This document shows positions 22,840 through 37,295 of a DNA stretch of 64,000 nt, one piece after another; positions within the stretch are counted from its first letter, which is position 1, and the number at the start of each line of letters is the position of its first letter. The notes beneath the pieces are model-generated. The model had not been told where the DNA came from, ran no database searches, and worked only from the letters and a program-made list of their open reading frames with translations. The DNA is from Octopus sinensis (lineage: Eukaryota), in assembly GCF_006345805.1 (NCBI RefSeq), contig NC_043014.1:1-64000 (forward strand). The letters run 5' to 3'. The translations under genes and the position numbers were made by a program.

Positions 22840-24311
22840 TACATACATTATAGATAGATAGATAGATAGATAGATAGACACACACACACATGTATGTGTG
22901 TGTGTGTCTTGTGTATGACTTTAAACTGCATCCGGTGGTGGTGGCTTTGGTTCTAGAGTTCCAGGGTTTTGAAGAGTGTAGTGCTACCTCTTTACCACCA
23001 ATGTTCCCAGGTCTATTCTGACCTGGAATAGCAACACCTGCCAGGACCCTAGTCATGGGTTAACTGGCATCGTGATGACAATCCATCTGAGCGCAGGGAT
23101 GCAGGAATACCCTTGGCGTCAGGCCATTCAGTAAGTGAGGGACCCTAGCAATTGTCACAGTAACCTTGTAGGAGAGGGACACAGATGTAAAAACTGCTGT
23201 TGCATGCGATCACCGAATCATCTGGTTTTGGCCGATGATTAGGTTACTAAACACGGAGACCCGGAGAGTGAGAGACTTGTTGTACAAATGTTTATCTCTC
23301 TAATCCAGTGACGTACTGTCTGTGGTAACCTCACGTGTCATCCCCTTCACTGATTAGTCACCTATGCTTCAAAACATGTAGATCTGCAGCGGGACTGAAT
23401 AGTCATGAGGGGTCATGGACGGAAAGTCAGAAATACCATTGACAAGGAGGAAGCACAAGAAGACGGCAATCATCTGCGAAGATGGAGCAATCATGTGTGT
23501 GTGTCACATATACGATAGACCCTGTAACTTCTATTAGAAAGTCTTGTTTCGTCTGTGCGCGGCGTCCTTGAACGGATGACTTTGATAAAAAGCTGCTTTT
23601 CGAGTAAGACTTGAGGAGTTTGTTTCCTTCTCCACTGACAAAGGGGCTTCGTGTACTTTTATGTGTAATATAAATACATTAGCTGTGTAATGTTAATTAT
23701 GAGATGGGGAGGGGAATGAAAGATGAGTGGCAGGGTGAAGGAGGAAAAGGAAAGATAGAGAGCCGGGAAGGAAGGAAATGAGAGAGGGAGAGAGAGACAA
23801 AAAGTAAGGAAGGGGGAGGAGATGATATGAGGAAGAGAGGAAGAAAGAAGACTTAGGGAGGAGGTGAGAAATTCAGAGAGGGAGAGGAGAATTAACAGGA
23901 GAAAGTAAATGTATAAGATATGAGAGAGTGGGAGGAGGGTGTGGCTAGAGGAGAAGCCAGTCGTTTGCTTCTATGGCGCGTGTCCTCTCACTACTACCAC
24001 TACAAATACTACTACTATTGCACACCTAACCTCCACGCCGCCGCTCCTTCACTCTGACTTTGTACTTTTATTGTGGACTAGTTTGTGTGTACTTATAGCA
24101 GAGCTGCTGTGTGTTGGACAAGGCTTTGCTTAAAAGAATTAGTTCACTGCTAGCTTCTCAGGTTGTCACACACACACACACACACACTGTCACACTAACA
24201 CACTCACATGCATATGTACTCTCTCTCTCTCTCTTTCTCTCCTTCTCTCTAAATCTCATGCGTGTTACACATAACACATTTGCAACTTTCAACACTCATC
24301 CTCTCAGCTTT

Positions 24312-24353
<42 letters not shown>

Positions 24354-24512
24354 TACATACATTCACCCTCCACCATACACATACTCATACACGGAAAATA
24401 TTCCAGTGTATCTATCTCTAAACACATGTTGTATGTATGTATATATATATATATATATATATTCATATTCCTGTTCAAAAATAACTGGGAGAACCATAAC
24501 TGCAGTTATATA

Positions 24513-24573
<61 letters not shown>

Positions 24574-24576
24574 AAG

Positions 24577-24960
24577 GTGCGGGCGTGGCTGTGTGGTAAG
24601 AAGCTTACTTCCCAACCACATGGTGCCGGGTTCAGTCCCACTGCGTAGCACTTTGGGCTGGGCAAGTGTCTTCTACTGTCGCCTCGGGCCGACCAAAGCC
24701 TTGTGTGTGTCCGTGTGTCCATCGTTTTGTTTGTGCTTGTCTCCTCCAACACCACTTGGCAACCAGTACCGATGTGTTTACGTCGACGTTACTTGGAGAT
24801 TTGGCAAAAAGGGACCATCGAATAAGTACCAGGTTTAAAAGTAAATAATGGGGTCAATTCATTTTAAAATAAATACTGGAGTTGATTCATTTGATTAAAA
24901 TATTCAAGGTAGTGCTCCAGCATGGCCGCAGTCAAATGATTGAAATAAGGAAAAGAATAT
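24577..24960 (+). mobile_element. tRNA-headed SINE, family A (CORE-like segment)
   Basis: Head gtggctgtgtggtaagaagctt...ccgggttcagtcccactgc has A/B-box-like motifs, followed by gggcaagtgtcttctact. Further copies lie at ~9820-9910(-), 10215-10335(-), 21840-22150(-), 25147-25470(+), 28560-28685(-), 29295-29370(-), 29690-30010, 33350-33450(-) and 34341-34690(+). Confidence 0.85.
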
Positions 24961-25739
24961 GCGGTGAAGTCTCTCACATAGACTTGACTACACATTAACA
25001 TCTCTCTCTCTCTCTCTCTCTCTTTTTCTATACATACATACACACACACACATACATACATGCATGCATGCATGCATACATACATACATACATACATACA
25101 TACATACATTCATACATACATACATACATACATACATACATACATGCACAGGAGTGGATGTGTGGTAAGAAGCGTGCTCCCAACCACATGGTTCTGGGTT
25201 CAGTCCCACTGCATGGCACCTTGGGCAAGTATCTTCTACTATGGCCTTGTGAGTGAATTTGGTAGACAGAAACTGAAAGAAGCCCAACATATGCTTTATA
25301 CGCACTTTTGACAAGTTGTGGTGCACCTGAGCACTGTATACAATAATTTCATTATTAAGACTATATATATGTGTGTGTGTGTCTGTGTTTGTGTCCCCCC
25401 CAACCGTCACTTGACATCCCTGTAACTTAGCAGTTCAGCAAAAGACACCAATCGAACAAGTACTTACACACCTACATACACTCCAAGTTTCTGTCTCCTG
25501 AATTATTTTACATGCCACAAACTCTGCGTACCACCATTGACCATTTTCAAATAAATTAGCTAAATGTACTGAGTAACCCCACATTTTGCTTTCATTGGTA
25601 ATCCCTGCTCCCAACACACACACATTTATAAAATAATACATTTGTTAAAACTTATCCTTTATTGACTTCTCAGTGTGTGTGTGTGTGTTTATGTGTGTGT
25701 GTGTGTGTGTGTGTTTGTGTGCGTGTGCATGTGTGTGAT

Positions 25740-27610
25740 TTTTCTTTGAGAGAGTTGAAGCCACCAAACAAAGCAACAAAACTTTTCAAATTAACCCTTT
25801 CGTTACTGTATTTATTTTGAGATGTTCTGTGTTTCTTTCAATTATTTTAAATATAACGAAGAATTTAGTAAAATAACTTAGTTATCATTAAGCTAGTGTT
25901 AAGAACATAAATTGTGACTAAGATTTAGTGGAAGATTTTAATTGAAAACTTATGAAAAGAAGACATTTATATTACAGAGCCAAAGCCGGTTTTAGCCAGG
26001 TTGGTAACGAAAGGGTTAAGAGAGTTCCCAGTTTTTTTCAAAATATGGTTGAGTTGGTGTGTTGGTTGAACTGTCAATGCATGAGAATCTCAAATAGAGA
26101 ATTTCAAGAATGTCCTATAAACCTTCCCTGTGCCACCAATAGATTGGATTTGGAGAACCCACGTCAATTTCTTTTGATCGCCGTAAAAATGAGTGTCTCT
26201 AGGTTTTCATGCAAATTTGTTACTACTTAACCCAGTGCACCTATGGTGATCAGTATACATGAGAATTCATAGTCAGAGTACAAGAGCTGTAAGTTCTACA
26301 TTTATTTGCCATAAATGTTCTCTTTTTCCTGGACTTTTGATTGTACATTCACATCTGCTGACCTCAACAAGAGTGCAGAACTTGCACTCTTGTTCTCAGT
26401 CCCACAGAAAAATATCAGGTCTGTTATGTTTGCACCAAATTAATGTTTTTATCAGGGTGTTCCACCAGTATTCCTTGTTTTTAAAGGTGTGAATACCTGT
26501 TGGTTCTGACATGCCTTTCCTGCAGAACAACCCTTCCTGCAGACAGGGTTATAGTCTTTCATGCCTCAAGGACAGGTAGTATCTTGTAGACATTTCAGGG
26601 CAGCTGCTGATAATGTGAGTGACATCTTCCATACTAGTATAGCAGGGCCAACATTTTTCATCACAACATGGAGGTGTGGTGGTATCCCTGCCCCTCTTCT
26701 TTATCAGGTATTTAGTTGTTATCTCCTGTTCCTGTATAGTGAAGGCATATCCTTCTAAGTGGGAATTAATGTCTCTGTCACAGGTCCAGGAGCGGCTACT
26801 CTTCCTGTTAATGCTGTTGTTGCCCTCTCGTGGAACACGTACCCATCCATTGCTTTTTGCTGGTATGATGCCTGCTTCTCCCCCAAGCTTCTGTTTAAGT
26901 AGGCCAGTCCAGCCTCCTTTGGGTCACACAAGACAGTTGTATCCTCGGAGTACCTGCTCAGTCGTTCTTCTCCAAATCTGAAGATGTTGTTGATCTCCCT
27001 TTTGAGTAGAAATAGACTCATTTCCTTCTTCATTGTTCAACAGGTGTCGTCTGAGGGATTCAATGCAACATTCAAAGGCTGTCTTCACACTGCTCCTATG
27101 CCTCTACAGCTATCCCTTTGTCTCACATAAAAATACTATCGGTGTCACTGTTAATGTGGACGTTGCCAGTGGTGGTCAGTACCTTTCTAGCTTTGATGTT
27201 GCAGGCTGCAGATCTCAACAAGTGTCCAGTCCAATATCCCAAATGTTGGTACTAGCACTGGCATTGCAAAAGCAATTTGAGATTTGGTTTTGTTAAATGC
27301 AGCCAGCTCTGATATTTTCCAGAGTCTACAAAAGTACTCTTTTCTTATTTTGGCTTTAGTCATAGCACCAATATATGCAACATTCTCATCGATTCTGAGT
27401 TATCTGTAGCTTTCATCATTAGAAATCAGGGAGATACACAAGCACTTCATATTCATGTTCTCTGACTGGTCAACAATCTTTCCTCAGTTGACTGCCATGT
27501 AGGAGCATTTATCTTTCCCAAACTCCATTCCTATATCTGGTGAGAATATTGTGACTAGTTTTAATCGTCTCTTGATATTCATCCTATTACACAGTAGGCT
27601 AGAGTAGTTT
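25740..27610 (-). mobile_element. R4/Dong-like non-LTR retrotransposon with restriction-like endonuclease, 5'-truncated and decayed
   Basis: Minus strand reads FSPDIGMEFGKDKCS, SELAAFNK...FAMPVLVPTFGILDW, EGYAFTIQEQEITTKYL...C..C....EDVTHIISSC (CCHC) and EYWWN...CKHNRPDIFLWD (PD..D RLE core). Clade call is from recalled motifs. Confidence 0.85.
25795..26015. mobile_element. piggyBac-type MITE (221 bp)
   Basis: TTAA on both sides (25791-94, 26016-19) and perfect 12-bp TIRs ccctttcgttac / gtaacgaaaggg. Confidence 0.93.
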
Positions 27611-27744
27611 TTCTATCTTACCAGCTCCTGTCAACCATTCTACCCATGTGTGCATGGAAGATAGACATTAAACAATGATGATGATGATGATATACATAAA
27701 TACATAAACATTCATACATATATATATATATATATATATATACA

Positions 27745-28485
27745 CATCATTATCATCATCATTTAACGTCCATTGTCCATACTGCTGGCATGGGTTGGAT
27801 GGTTTGACCAGCGCTGGCAAGCTGGAAGGCTGCACCAGACTCCAGTCTGATTTGGCATGGTTTCTACAGCTGGATGTCCTTCCTAATGCCAACCATTCCA
27901 AGAGTATAATGGGTACCTCTACATACCACTGGCACAGGTGCCACTTGCATGACACCAATATCTGCTACAACTGCAATTTTACTTGACTTGATGGGTTTTC
28001 TTCTCAAACATAGCATAATGCCAAAGGTCTTGGCCATTTGCGGTTGTTTCTGTGAGGCTCAACACTCAAAAGGTGCTTTTCACATGCCACTGGCATCGAC
28101 CACCGTGCCTCCATGAGGCCCAATGCTCAAAAGGTGCTATTTACATGCCAACGGCACTGGTGCCAGTTATGTGACACCAGCATCACCTACGACTATGATT
28201 TCATTTGGCTTGATGGGTCTTCTCAAGCATAGCATATCGCCAATGGTCTCGGTCACTAGTTATTGCCTCCATGAGGTTCAAAGTTCAAAGATCATGCTTC
28301 ACCACCTGGTCCCATGTTTTCCTGGGTCTACGTCTTCCACAGGTTCCCTCCACATTCAGAAATTGCATACCTGCATAAACTACCAATTCATGACATCAAA
28401 TGGTTGTTTTTACCTCACTGTGAACGCAATGTTGTGGCACCCAGCTACTCTTGGCATCCTCCAAGTTGATGCACCAAGTTTCTAA
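27745..28485 (-). mobile_element. RTE 3' end (C-terminal CDS + 3' UTR + (GAT)n tail)
   Basis: VEGTCGRRRPRKTWDQVVKHDL on the minus strand, followed by the same 3' UTR as 30500-31260. Confidence 0.88.
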
Positions 28486-28882
28486 TGATCCCTTTAACTT
28501 ACCTATGTGTATATACATATATATTTGTGTGTGTGTGTGTGTATGTATAAATGTACGTATACAAGGCTTTAGTCTGTCAAAAGCTATGGTAGAAGACACT
28601 TGCCCAACGTATTATGCAGTGGAGCTAAACCCAGAATGATATGGCTGGAAAGCAAACTTCATACCACACAACCACACCTCTGCCTATATATAACATACAT
28701 ATTTATGCGTGTGTGTATGTATTTATATATATTGTAATATTAACAAGGAATGTAAACATCAAGTCACTGTTTTGCACAGTCAAACCCATAGTTTATCAAG
28801 ATCCATGCATAATTGTACACACAGACACCCACACATACATACATGATGTATTTATAGTAACATGTATATTTGTATATGCATG

Positions 28883-28941
<59 letters not shown>

Positions 28942-29219
28942 TCATCATCATCATCATCATCATTTTATCTTCCACTTTTCCATGCTTGCATGGGGTGGAC
29001 AGAGTTTATTGAGGTAGATTTTCTACCACTAGATGCCTTTCCTGTTGCCAACTCTCACTTGTTTCCAAGCAAGGTATTTCCTTCCTTGGCCAGACATTTC
29101 TCACAGAATATTGAAAATGAATGACACACTTGTATGACAGGGACAATCATTTACAACTATCATGTTATTTCACATCCTCTCTATCTCTCTCTCTTTCTTG
29201 CTCTCTCTCTCTCTCACCT

Positions 29220-29288
<69 letters not shown>

Positions 29289-29428
29289 TATATGAAGTTC
29301 TTGTTTCATTGTCTGTCTACCAAATCTAATCACAAGGCTTTGGGTGGCTCAGAGCAATAGTGGAAGACAAAATGTAGCATAAGGACAAACAGACATACAT
29401 ATGTGCATATGTGTGTATTGTTGGAATA

Positions 29429-29490
<62 letters not shown>

Positions 29491-30499
29491 TTTAATTGTG
29501 GTTAAGATAACATTTACAGCTGTTTCAGTTTGTTATTTTTGAGATGAACTTGCATTTACCTCATTCCATATAACAAACATCAACAGAATGATTTGAACTT
29601 TACCAGATAATATTGACAGGTGAAAAAAGGAAAAGGAAAAGGTTTGTTAGGTCTTTAGGCTTAAATTTTTGTGCATATATATGTGTGTGTGTGTGTGCAC
29701 ATATGCTTGTGTGTATGTGTATCTTTGTTCTTGCACCACTTGACAACCATTGTTGATGTGTAACTTAGCAGCTCAATAAAAAAGACTGATGGAAAAAATG
29801 CCAAACTTCAAAAATATCAGTTTCGATTGATTTGTTCAACTAAACCCTTCTATAAAACCAGTTTCTTCGGGGTCTTTACTTGATATCCTTCTGATGTATT
29901 GTCCAAAGTGAGACTATGACAGAAGACATTTGTCCAAGGTACTGACTAGTGGGAGTGAACCTGCAACCACACAGTTGTAAAGCAAACTTCTTAAATATAT
30001 GGCCATGCTTGCTGCAAGATCTTCAAGTTGGGTGATGGGAGAAGGCAAGAGAGGACAGATGGAATGAGCAACAGATAGACCAACCGACAGAAAGGAGAAG
30101 TTTGTTAAAGAGAGAGAAAGAGGAGACCTTCGAATCTGGTTGCTATTTCTAGCAGATCAGGTGACTAGGTAGAATCTATTCTACTTTAGCAAAAGGTCAA
30201 CCCTCATGGAGCAGATTAAAGACATTCCAACTATAACCACCTTTAGAAATATCTAAGACTAGTTTAGCCACATTACCCAGTGGTTCAGCTATTGTGGCTT
30301 CCTAGATTAGGTTATGCATTATGTCCTTGAGCAAGGTACTTGGTTCATGTTACTCTAGATGATTCAGGTACAATGAGTCTCAGCCAAAGGCTAGTGCTGC
30401 CCTCCCTCACTCTGTCACATTTTAAAACTTTTGTTGGGTCAAAGATAGGAAGACAGGATATTGTATGTGTATATTAGAGATGAAATAAACAAAGCTTGC

Positions 30500-31260
30500 A
30501 AGAAATGAAGCCAGTATGCTCCGATGGATGTGTAATGTCAGCGTTCATACTTGACAGAGTGTAAGTACCCTGAGAGAAAAGTTGGACCTAAGAAGCATCA
30601 GTTGTGGTGTGCAAGAGAGACGTTTGCGCTGGTATGGTCATGTGGCGAGAATAGATGAAGATAGTTGTGTGAAAAAGTGCCACACCCTAGCGGTTGAGGG
30701 AACCTGTGGAAGAGGTAGACCCAGGAAAACCTGGGACAAGGTGGTGAAGCATGACCTTCGAACTTTAGGTCTCACCGAGGAAATGACTAGAGACCAAGAC
30801 CTTTGGAAGTATGCTGTGCGTGAGAAGGCCCGGCAGGACAAGTGAGGCCATTACTCGTGGCCTCTACCTGGGATGTAGCCAGTCCACTTATGTATACCTT
30901 TTCTTCTTGGGACATAAAACTCTACTTGTGTAGACCTGTTGAGGCAAGTGAAAATCAAAATCATAATCGATCAACATCAATGGAATTTGTAGCTGTGATA
31001 CCAGTGCCGGTGGCACGTAAGAGAACCATCTGAACATGGCCATAGCCAGCGCTGCCCTGACTGGCCTCCGTGCTGGTGGCACGTAAAAAGCACCCACTAC
31101 ACTCACGGAGTGGTTCGCGTTAGGAAGGGTATCCAGCTGTAGAAACACTGCCAGATCAGACTGGGCTTGGTGCAGCTTTCTGGCTTCCCAGACCCCAGTT
31201 GAACCGTCCAACCCATGCTAGCATGGAAAGCAGACGTTTAAACGATGATGATGATGATGC
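30500..31260 (+). mobile_element. RTE 3' end with complete 3' UTR and (GAT)n tail
   Basis: RRLRWYGHVAR...EGTCGRGRPRKTWDKVVKHDL, then ggcacgtaaaaagcacccactacactc...ttaggaaggg...catgctagcatggaaagcagacgtttaaacgatgatgat. This copy links the abundant short repeats to an RTE. Confidence 0.92.
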
Positions 31261-34200
31261 TTTCCCTATGGAGAAACCGCAGAAGTTTCTGAGGTCTTGC
31301 AAATCTCTTCTAAATCCATCACAATACTCGAAACCATTTCATATTGTCAGCAGCTATCTCAGAGTCACAAGCATTTTGCCCCTTGACCTGTATGCTCCAC
31401 TTGAGTGCAGCAGCAACCACTGAACTAGCCTTCATCTGCCACAAGGTTCCACTTGTGCTCTCTTATCAATCCTAACCATTCTGAGCTCATTTCAGCTGCC
31501 ATGGCTTTCTTCAGTTGTCTGGGTTCCAGGCAACACACCAATCTAGATGGGAAGCTGTAGTAACGGTGGCAGCAACAACTGCGGCTGGTGTTTATTAGCC
31601 AAGTCGTAACTATCCTCTGTAGACTATTTCAGTAATTGCCTGGTCTTTCTAGTATGTCTCTGCTTCCTTCACAGCTTCTTGGTTTTTCCAGTATGAGTCT
31701 GTTTCTTTCATTGCTCCCTGGGGTTTCCATTTTCTGTCTCACTTTATGGCCTTTTAGCAGGAACAAAGATGTATGTATGACTTAGCCAGAGGTGTGCAAT
31801 TGTCAGTTATGACACTATACAGATAGAATCAGAAGGCAATTAACTCTGATCATGTTCAAATAGAACAATTTATTTTACAGATTTCAGAAGTGCTAAACAA
31901 ATGTGTGTAACAGGAAACTTTTAAAGTGTACACACCTTATAATTTAGACTTTCGGTCGAACAAGAATAACATTGGAAGACATGAATATATTTATTACATA
32001 TTACGAGTTCTGCCATTATTGACAGAGGAGTTCAAGCAGCAGACAAATGACTTGTGGTATTTGTCTTGATTCTTTAAATTCCAAGTTCAAATCCCAACAA
32101 AGTCAATTTTGTCTTTTATCCCACCTGGGTCAACAAAATAATGTTTCAGTTAAATATTGGGGTTGATATAATTGATCAACGCTATCCCTAAACACTGGAC
32201 CAGCAGCTGGGGAGTGGGACCACTGCTGGTTTGGGATAAAACTCTACAGGTGCAGAGGTAACATCTACTGGGCTTGTCTGAGGTACACATAGACCAACCA
32301 CAAAAGCTTAATCACTGATGCAAGCACTTCTGACTTGTGCTGTTGTCACATTAAGGGCAGGTTTGGTGAAAAACTAAGTTGAATAAGAATTTCTCTCTCA
32401 TTCAACTTTCTTTGGATTGCAATTAGGATTGGCTGCTTTCTTCTGTCAAAACACATTGTTTCAAGGAAAACCTTAAAATGACAGAAAACAAAAGACTTTG
32501 ACCCATCTTTCATTAATTTGTCCCTTCCTTCATTAATTTTTTTTAAAAGTTGTCATCCCCTTCATAAATGACTGAACACCACATTAAACATTCATATCAA
32601 TACATCAGAAATAAATAGGTTAACATTTCGTTAATTATTTGCAGTTGTTAATTATACAATTTAATAAAAAGTCATAAAACATCTCTTTATTGTTTCATCC
32701 CAGATTAGGCATTGAAACATAATGTATATGTGGAATATGTTTATGGTATTTTATGTGTGTGTGTGGTTTGTATGTTAAATTTATTTGTTGAAGATTAATC
32801 CAACATAAAAGGAAGACGGCATGTCTCTATATTTAAATGGAACAGGAGGATGTGAACATTTCAATAATTATTCAACAAACAATACAAAAATAGATAAAAG
32901 TTATGCATCTCACAGACTTTACTCCACTTTATATAATATTTATAGGTTTGTAGCTGATGATGATGATGATGATAATCGTTTTGACTTGCCGTAGAGATGT
33001 CAGATAAGAAAAGGTTATGATGTAGAGGTAGAAGAGGGAGGAGCTTGAATAAAATTGAATAAAAAAGAGAGAAATAGATGAAGGGGAGAAGAAACGAGAC
33101 AGCCTTCCCTCTCTATATCCCCATCATACCTCTTTCTCTCTCCTGGTCGTCTACCAAATATACAGGGGAGCCTCCAATAAAGGCCATTGAAGGAACCTCA
33201 TCCATCTAAGATCACCCCCAAGTTATTCTCCAATCTATAATCAATGCTTAGAATTGATCCATTCATTCTAAGCATTTTTTATCATTTCAGGACACTAAGT
33301 CTTACTTTAAACAGAGCCGTACAACACTTTCATGTATGCTCACCCTCACTTGCAACAGGGGAGCCATTGCACAACATTACACCAAGGTGCCATGCAGTGG
33401 GACTGAACCCAGACCATGTAGGGGGGAAGCAAACTTACCAGGCTTGCATCTATTTTTTATATGTGCACGTGCATGTTTATGCATGTATGTATGTGTGTGT
33501 GTGTGTAAGTGTGTGTGTGTGTGTAAGTGTGTGTGTGTGTCTGTGTGTGTAGTAGCACCATTTACTTTGACACTTTTGATGTCATATTTCTGCCTTAATT
33601 TTAATTATTTGTCATTAATTAATCTGGTGTTTGGAACATAACATGAAATTTTGGTGGAAGATATTTATTTAGATCACTTCAAAAAAGGACTCTAAATAGA
33701 CAGTCTCTCTGGCTGGAAAACCAAAAGAGTAAAAGACGAAAGTATATTGATGGCTAAATTTTAATTAACTCCATAGATTTAATCAATTACAATTCAAATT
33801 ATAAATAGATTGAAAGATAATCCTTTTATTCTTTTAAATGATATAAATTTCAACAGAAAAGTTTTGTCTATTGCCATTAGCAGTAGTATCAATACAGCCA
33901 CAGTTTTAACATGGTTTCACTTCATTTAGAAACCCTTTTTTGCAAAAATGTATTTTTATTTTAATAGAGAAAGGGTCTACAGACATTGGGACTCACAGAG
34001 GAAATGACCGGGGACTGAGACTCCTGGTGGTTTGTCAAGCATGGCTGCCCTAAAAGCACCCAGTACACTCTGTAAAGTGGTTGGTGTTAAGAAGGGCATC
34101 CACCCATAGAAACCGTGCCAAAACAGGGACATGGAGCCTGAACAACCCTTCAGATGGTCAAACCATTCAACCCTTGCCAGCATGGAAAACGGATGTTAAA

Positions 34201-35649
34201 TGGTGATGGTGATGATGATGATGATGATGATGATGATGTTCATTATAATGATGATCATCATCATCATTCAATGTTATACTTTAAGACAAATTATAAATAG
34301 AATCTTGTAAATACATAAACATAAGTATTTACTTATAATTAGGAGTGACTGTATGGTAAGAAGTTTGCTTCCCAGCCATGTGGTCCTGGGTTCAGTCCCA
34401 CTGTGTGGTACTTTGTGCAAGTATCTTCTGTTATAGCCTAAGTTGACCAATGACTTGTGAATGGATTTGGTTGATGGAAACTGAAAGAAGCCTGTTGTAT
34501 GTCATTCGTGTGTATGGCTTTTGTGTCTGTGACAACCAGTGCTTGTATGTTAATGCCCCTGTAACTTAGCAGTTCAGCAAAAAGACCGATAGAATAAGTA
34601 CCAGATTTTTAAAAAAGTACTGGGGAAGATTTATCCAAATGAAATTCCTCAAGGTGGTGCCCCAGCATGGCCACAAGTATAAGATAACTGATATTATCCT
34701 TAAATCTGTTGTGATAGTTTTTTGTTTTTTTTTTCCTGAGAAGGAATTGCATAGCATCATGCAAAAGATTTTTATAAAAGTTTCTTTGTATTCATATAAA
34801 GGAAGGTCATTTTAATCACTGCTATCTTTGAATTAAACAAAACTTCATCTCCCCCTCTCTCACTCATATAATATATGTATATATATATGTGTATATATAT
34901 GTATATATATATATATAATCATCAAATATGTATTTGAATTTTTCTTGTTATACATCACTTTTAACACAGACATTTTTATTCTGATATTTAATCTTATATC
35001 TCACATTCTGTTTTTCACATATACTTGATTTTTTTACATGATTGATATACATACTAATTCATATTTATAATGTATAATTTATAAATTTTAATTCTTAATA
35101 TTACGTGTAATTTTTATTCTTAACTTTTAATTCTTAATTTTTAATCTTTAACGCTTAATTGTATTGCTTATTTTTAAATGGATGTAAAATTAGATACATA
35201 ATATTTTCAAATAGGACCTGAAGATGTGTTGGAATTGTAAATCTGACAATTGCATATATGTATTTATATATGTATACATATATAGGTATACAGTTGTGTG
35301 TATGTATATATACTGTAATCTTCCAGTACTGAAACACATGTAGTTCCTTCATACTTAATAAATACAAGTTTTAACTAAAATATGATACAATTAATGAAGA
35401 TTATTATAAACCCTGCTGGTAATTTAGGTTATATCCTTTAGGTATTATTTCGTGATGTGCAAACTGATACTCATTGGGTTATTTATGTATTATCTGAAAT
35501 AGAATACCCGCATATCGATTAATCCCCAAAATTTAGATGCATATAACGCTGAAGGGTTGCACCTGATTGATTTGGAAATTTGTCTTCCGAAATTATTTAT
35601 ATACACAGACACACACATACACACATGCATGTGTGTGTGTGTCTATATA

Positions 35650-36210
35650 TATCATCATCATCATCATCATCATCATTTAGCGTCCGCTTTCGATGCTAGC
35701 ATGGGTTGGACGGTTCAACTGGGGTCTGTGTAGCCAGAAGGCTGCATCAGGCCCAGTCTGATCTGGCAGTGTTTCTACGGCTGGATGCCCTTCCTAACGC
35801 CAACCACTCCATGAGTGTAGTGGGTGCTTTTTACGTGCCACCCACACAGGTGCCAGACGGAGCTGGCAAACGGCCACGGACGGATGGTGCTTTTTACGTG
35901 CCACCGGCACGGGGGCCAGGCGAGGCTGGCAACAGCCATGATCGGATGGTGCTTTTTACGTGCCACCGGCACGGGGGCCAGGCGAGGCTGGCAACGGCCA
36001 TGAATTGATGGTGCTTTTTACGTGCCACCGGCATGGAGGCCAGTCGGGGCAGCGCTGGCAACGGCCACGATCGGATGGTTCGCTTACTTGTCACCGGCAC
36101 TGGTATCACAGCTGCAATTTTCATTGATGTTGATCGACTTCGATTTTGGTTCTGCTTTCTGATATCTGATTTGATTTGGTTTGATTTTGATTTTGATTTT
36201 CTCTTGCCTC
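35650..36210 (-). repeat. RTE 3'-UTR copy with internal ~62-bp tandem array
   Basis: Unit gatggtgctttttacgtgccaccggcacgggggccaggcgaggctggcaacggccatga occurs 4-5 times between ~35815 and 36110. Confidence 0.9.
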
Positions 36211-36258
36211 AACGGGTCTTCACATATATATATATGTGTGTGTGTGTGTATGTGTGTG

Positions 36259-36290
<32 letters not shown>

Positions 36291-36982
36291 CCAAAGAGTG
36301 AATACAAGCAGGAGACCTCCTGGACTGTGCTCAAATGTACTCATAACTGAAAATTTCAATTACTTGTAATTGTACGAGAAGGGATATTCCAATCATAGTT
36401 CAATGTGTAAGCGTTTTGCAAATAAGATGAATCTGTAGTGAGTGGAAAATGCGATTTGGCATAAACTGCGAATTGGGCATTTGACTTGGCCTTAGAAACT
36501 GCCGTTGTGTTGTGGAGACCTTTTGGCTTCATAGACATTTGGTTTCTGTCTTTAGGACTATTGTCTATTTATCTGGATGGATATTCTTTTTAGATGCTAT
36601 CAGCAGATAAGGCCATAGTTATAAAATACACAGATATCAGCTGTCCAATGAATAGACTGCATGGAAAGACAGGAAGAAACATGAAGAAGAATGTCTTTGC
36701 AACCCCAGTGGGTGCTTATCTGTAACTATAAAGGGCCCCTTCCTCCCCATTTTCTGGTGTATTGTTAGTATTGGTGGTGGTAATCACGAGAGTTGTCCTG
36801 GAGAAGTTTTTAGAGTTGTTAGTTCTATTGGTGTAGGCAGTAGTTGTGGTACTAGTATGTGTGTGTGTGTGTGTGTTATGTTTATACGTCAGAATATGTA
36901 TGCAAAAATGTCAGTCTTCTTGCATGTGTGTGTGTATATAAAACGAAAAAAGAAAAACATTCATTTATGGCCATATATAGTG

Positions 36983-37295
36983 AACAATGCCCCACAGAAT
37001 TTGTTTCCTAACTTATAGAAAAATAGATATTTTTTAATGAAACTTTATACAAAATCATTTCATATGGTTTAGATTCCGATTATATCAGATTTTGTTGTGA
37101 AAAATATTTTCCTCAAGTCAGGAGAGCAGTTTCGGAAAATTCAAACGATTCGGCTTTGATCAGAGTGGAAAAGGTTTACACTGCAAATCCCAATATAGTT
37201 GGAATCTACACCATTAGAAGCATACATTTTATTTAGAGATATCCATTTTCCCTAAAGTTACGAAAAAAAAAAAACAAATTCGGTGGGGCACTGTT
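36983..37295. mobile_element. MITE with 24-bp TIRs
   Basis: aacaatgccccacagaatttgttt versus aaacaaattcggtggggcactgtt (2 mismatches). Confidence 0.75.

Noticed and set aside
31881-32056. Candidate first coding exon ending ATG ACT TGT G|GTATTT (phase 1)
   Set aside because: The ATG and donor lie inside a decayed SINE-B copy, the donor is weak, and upstream ATGs hit stops.
35555-35600. ctgattga...ggaa...ttcc-gaaa hammerhead-like string
   Set aside because: The core has an insertion and no stem I, stem III or UH can be formed.
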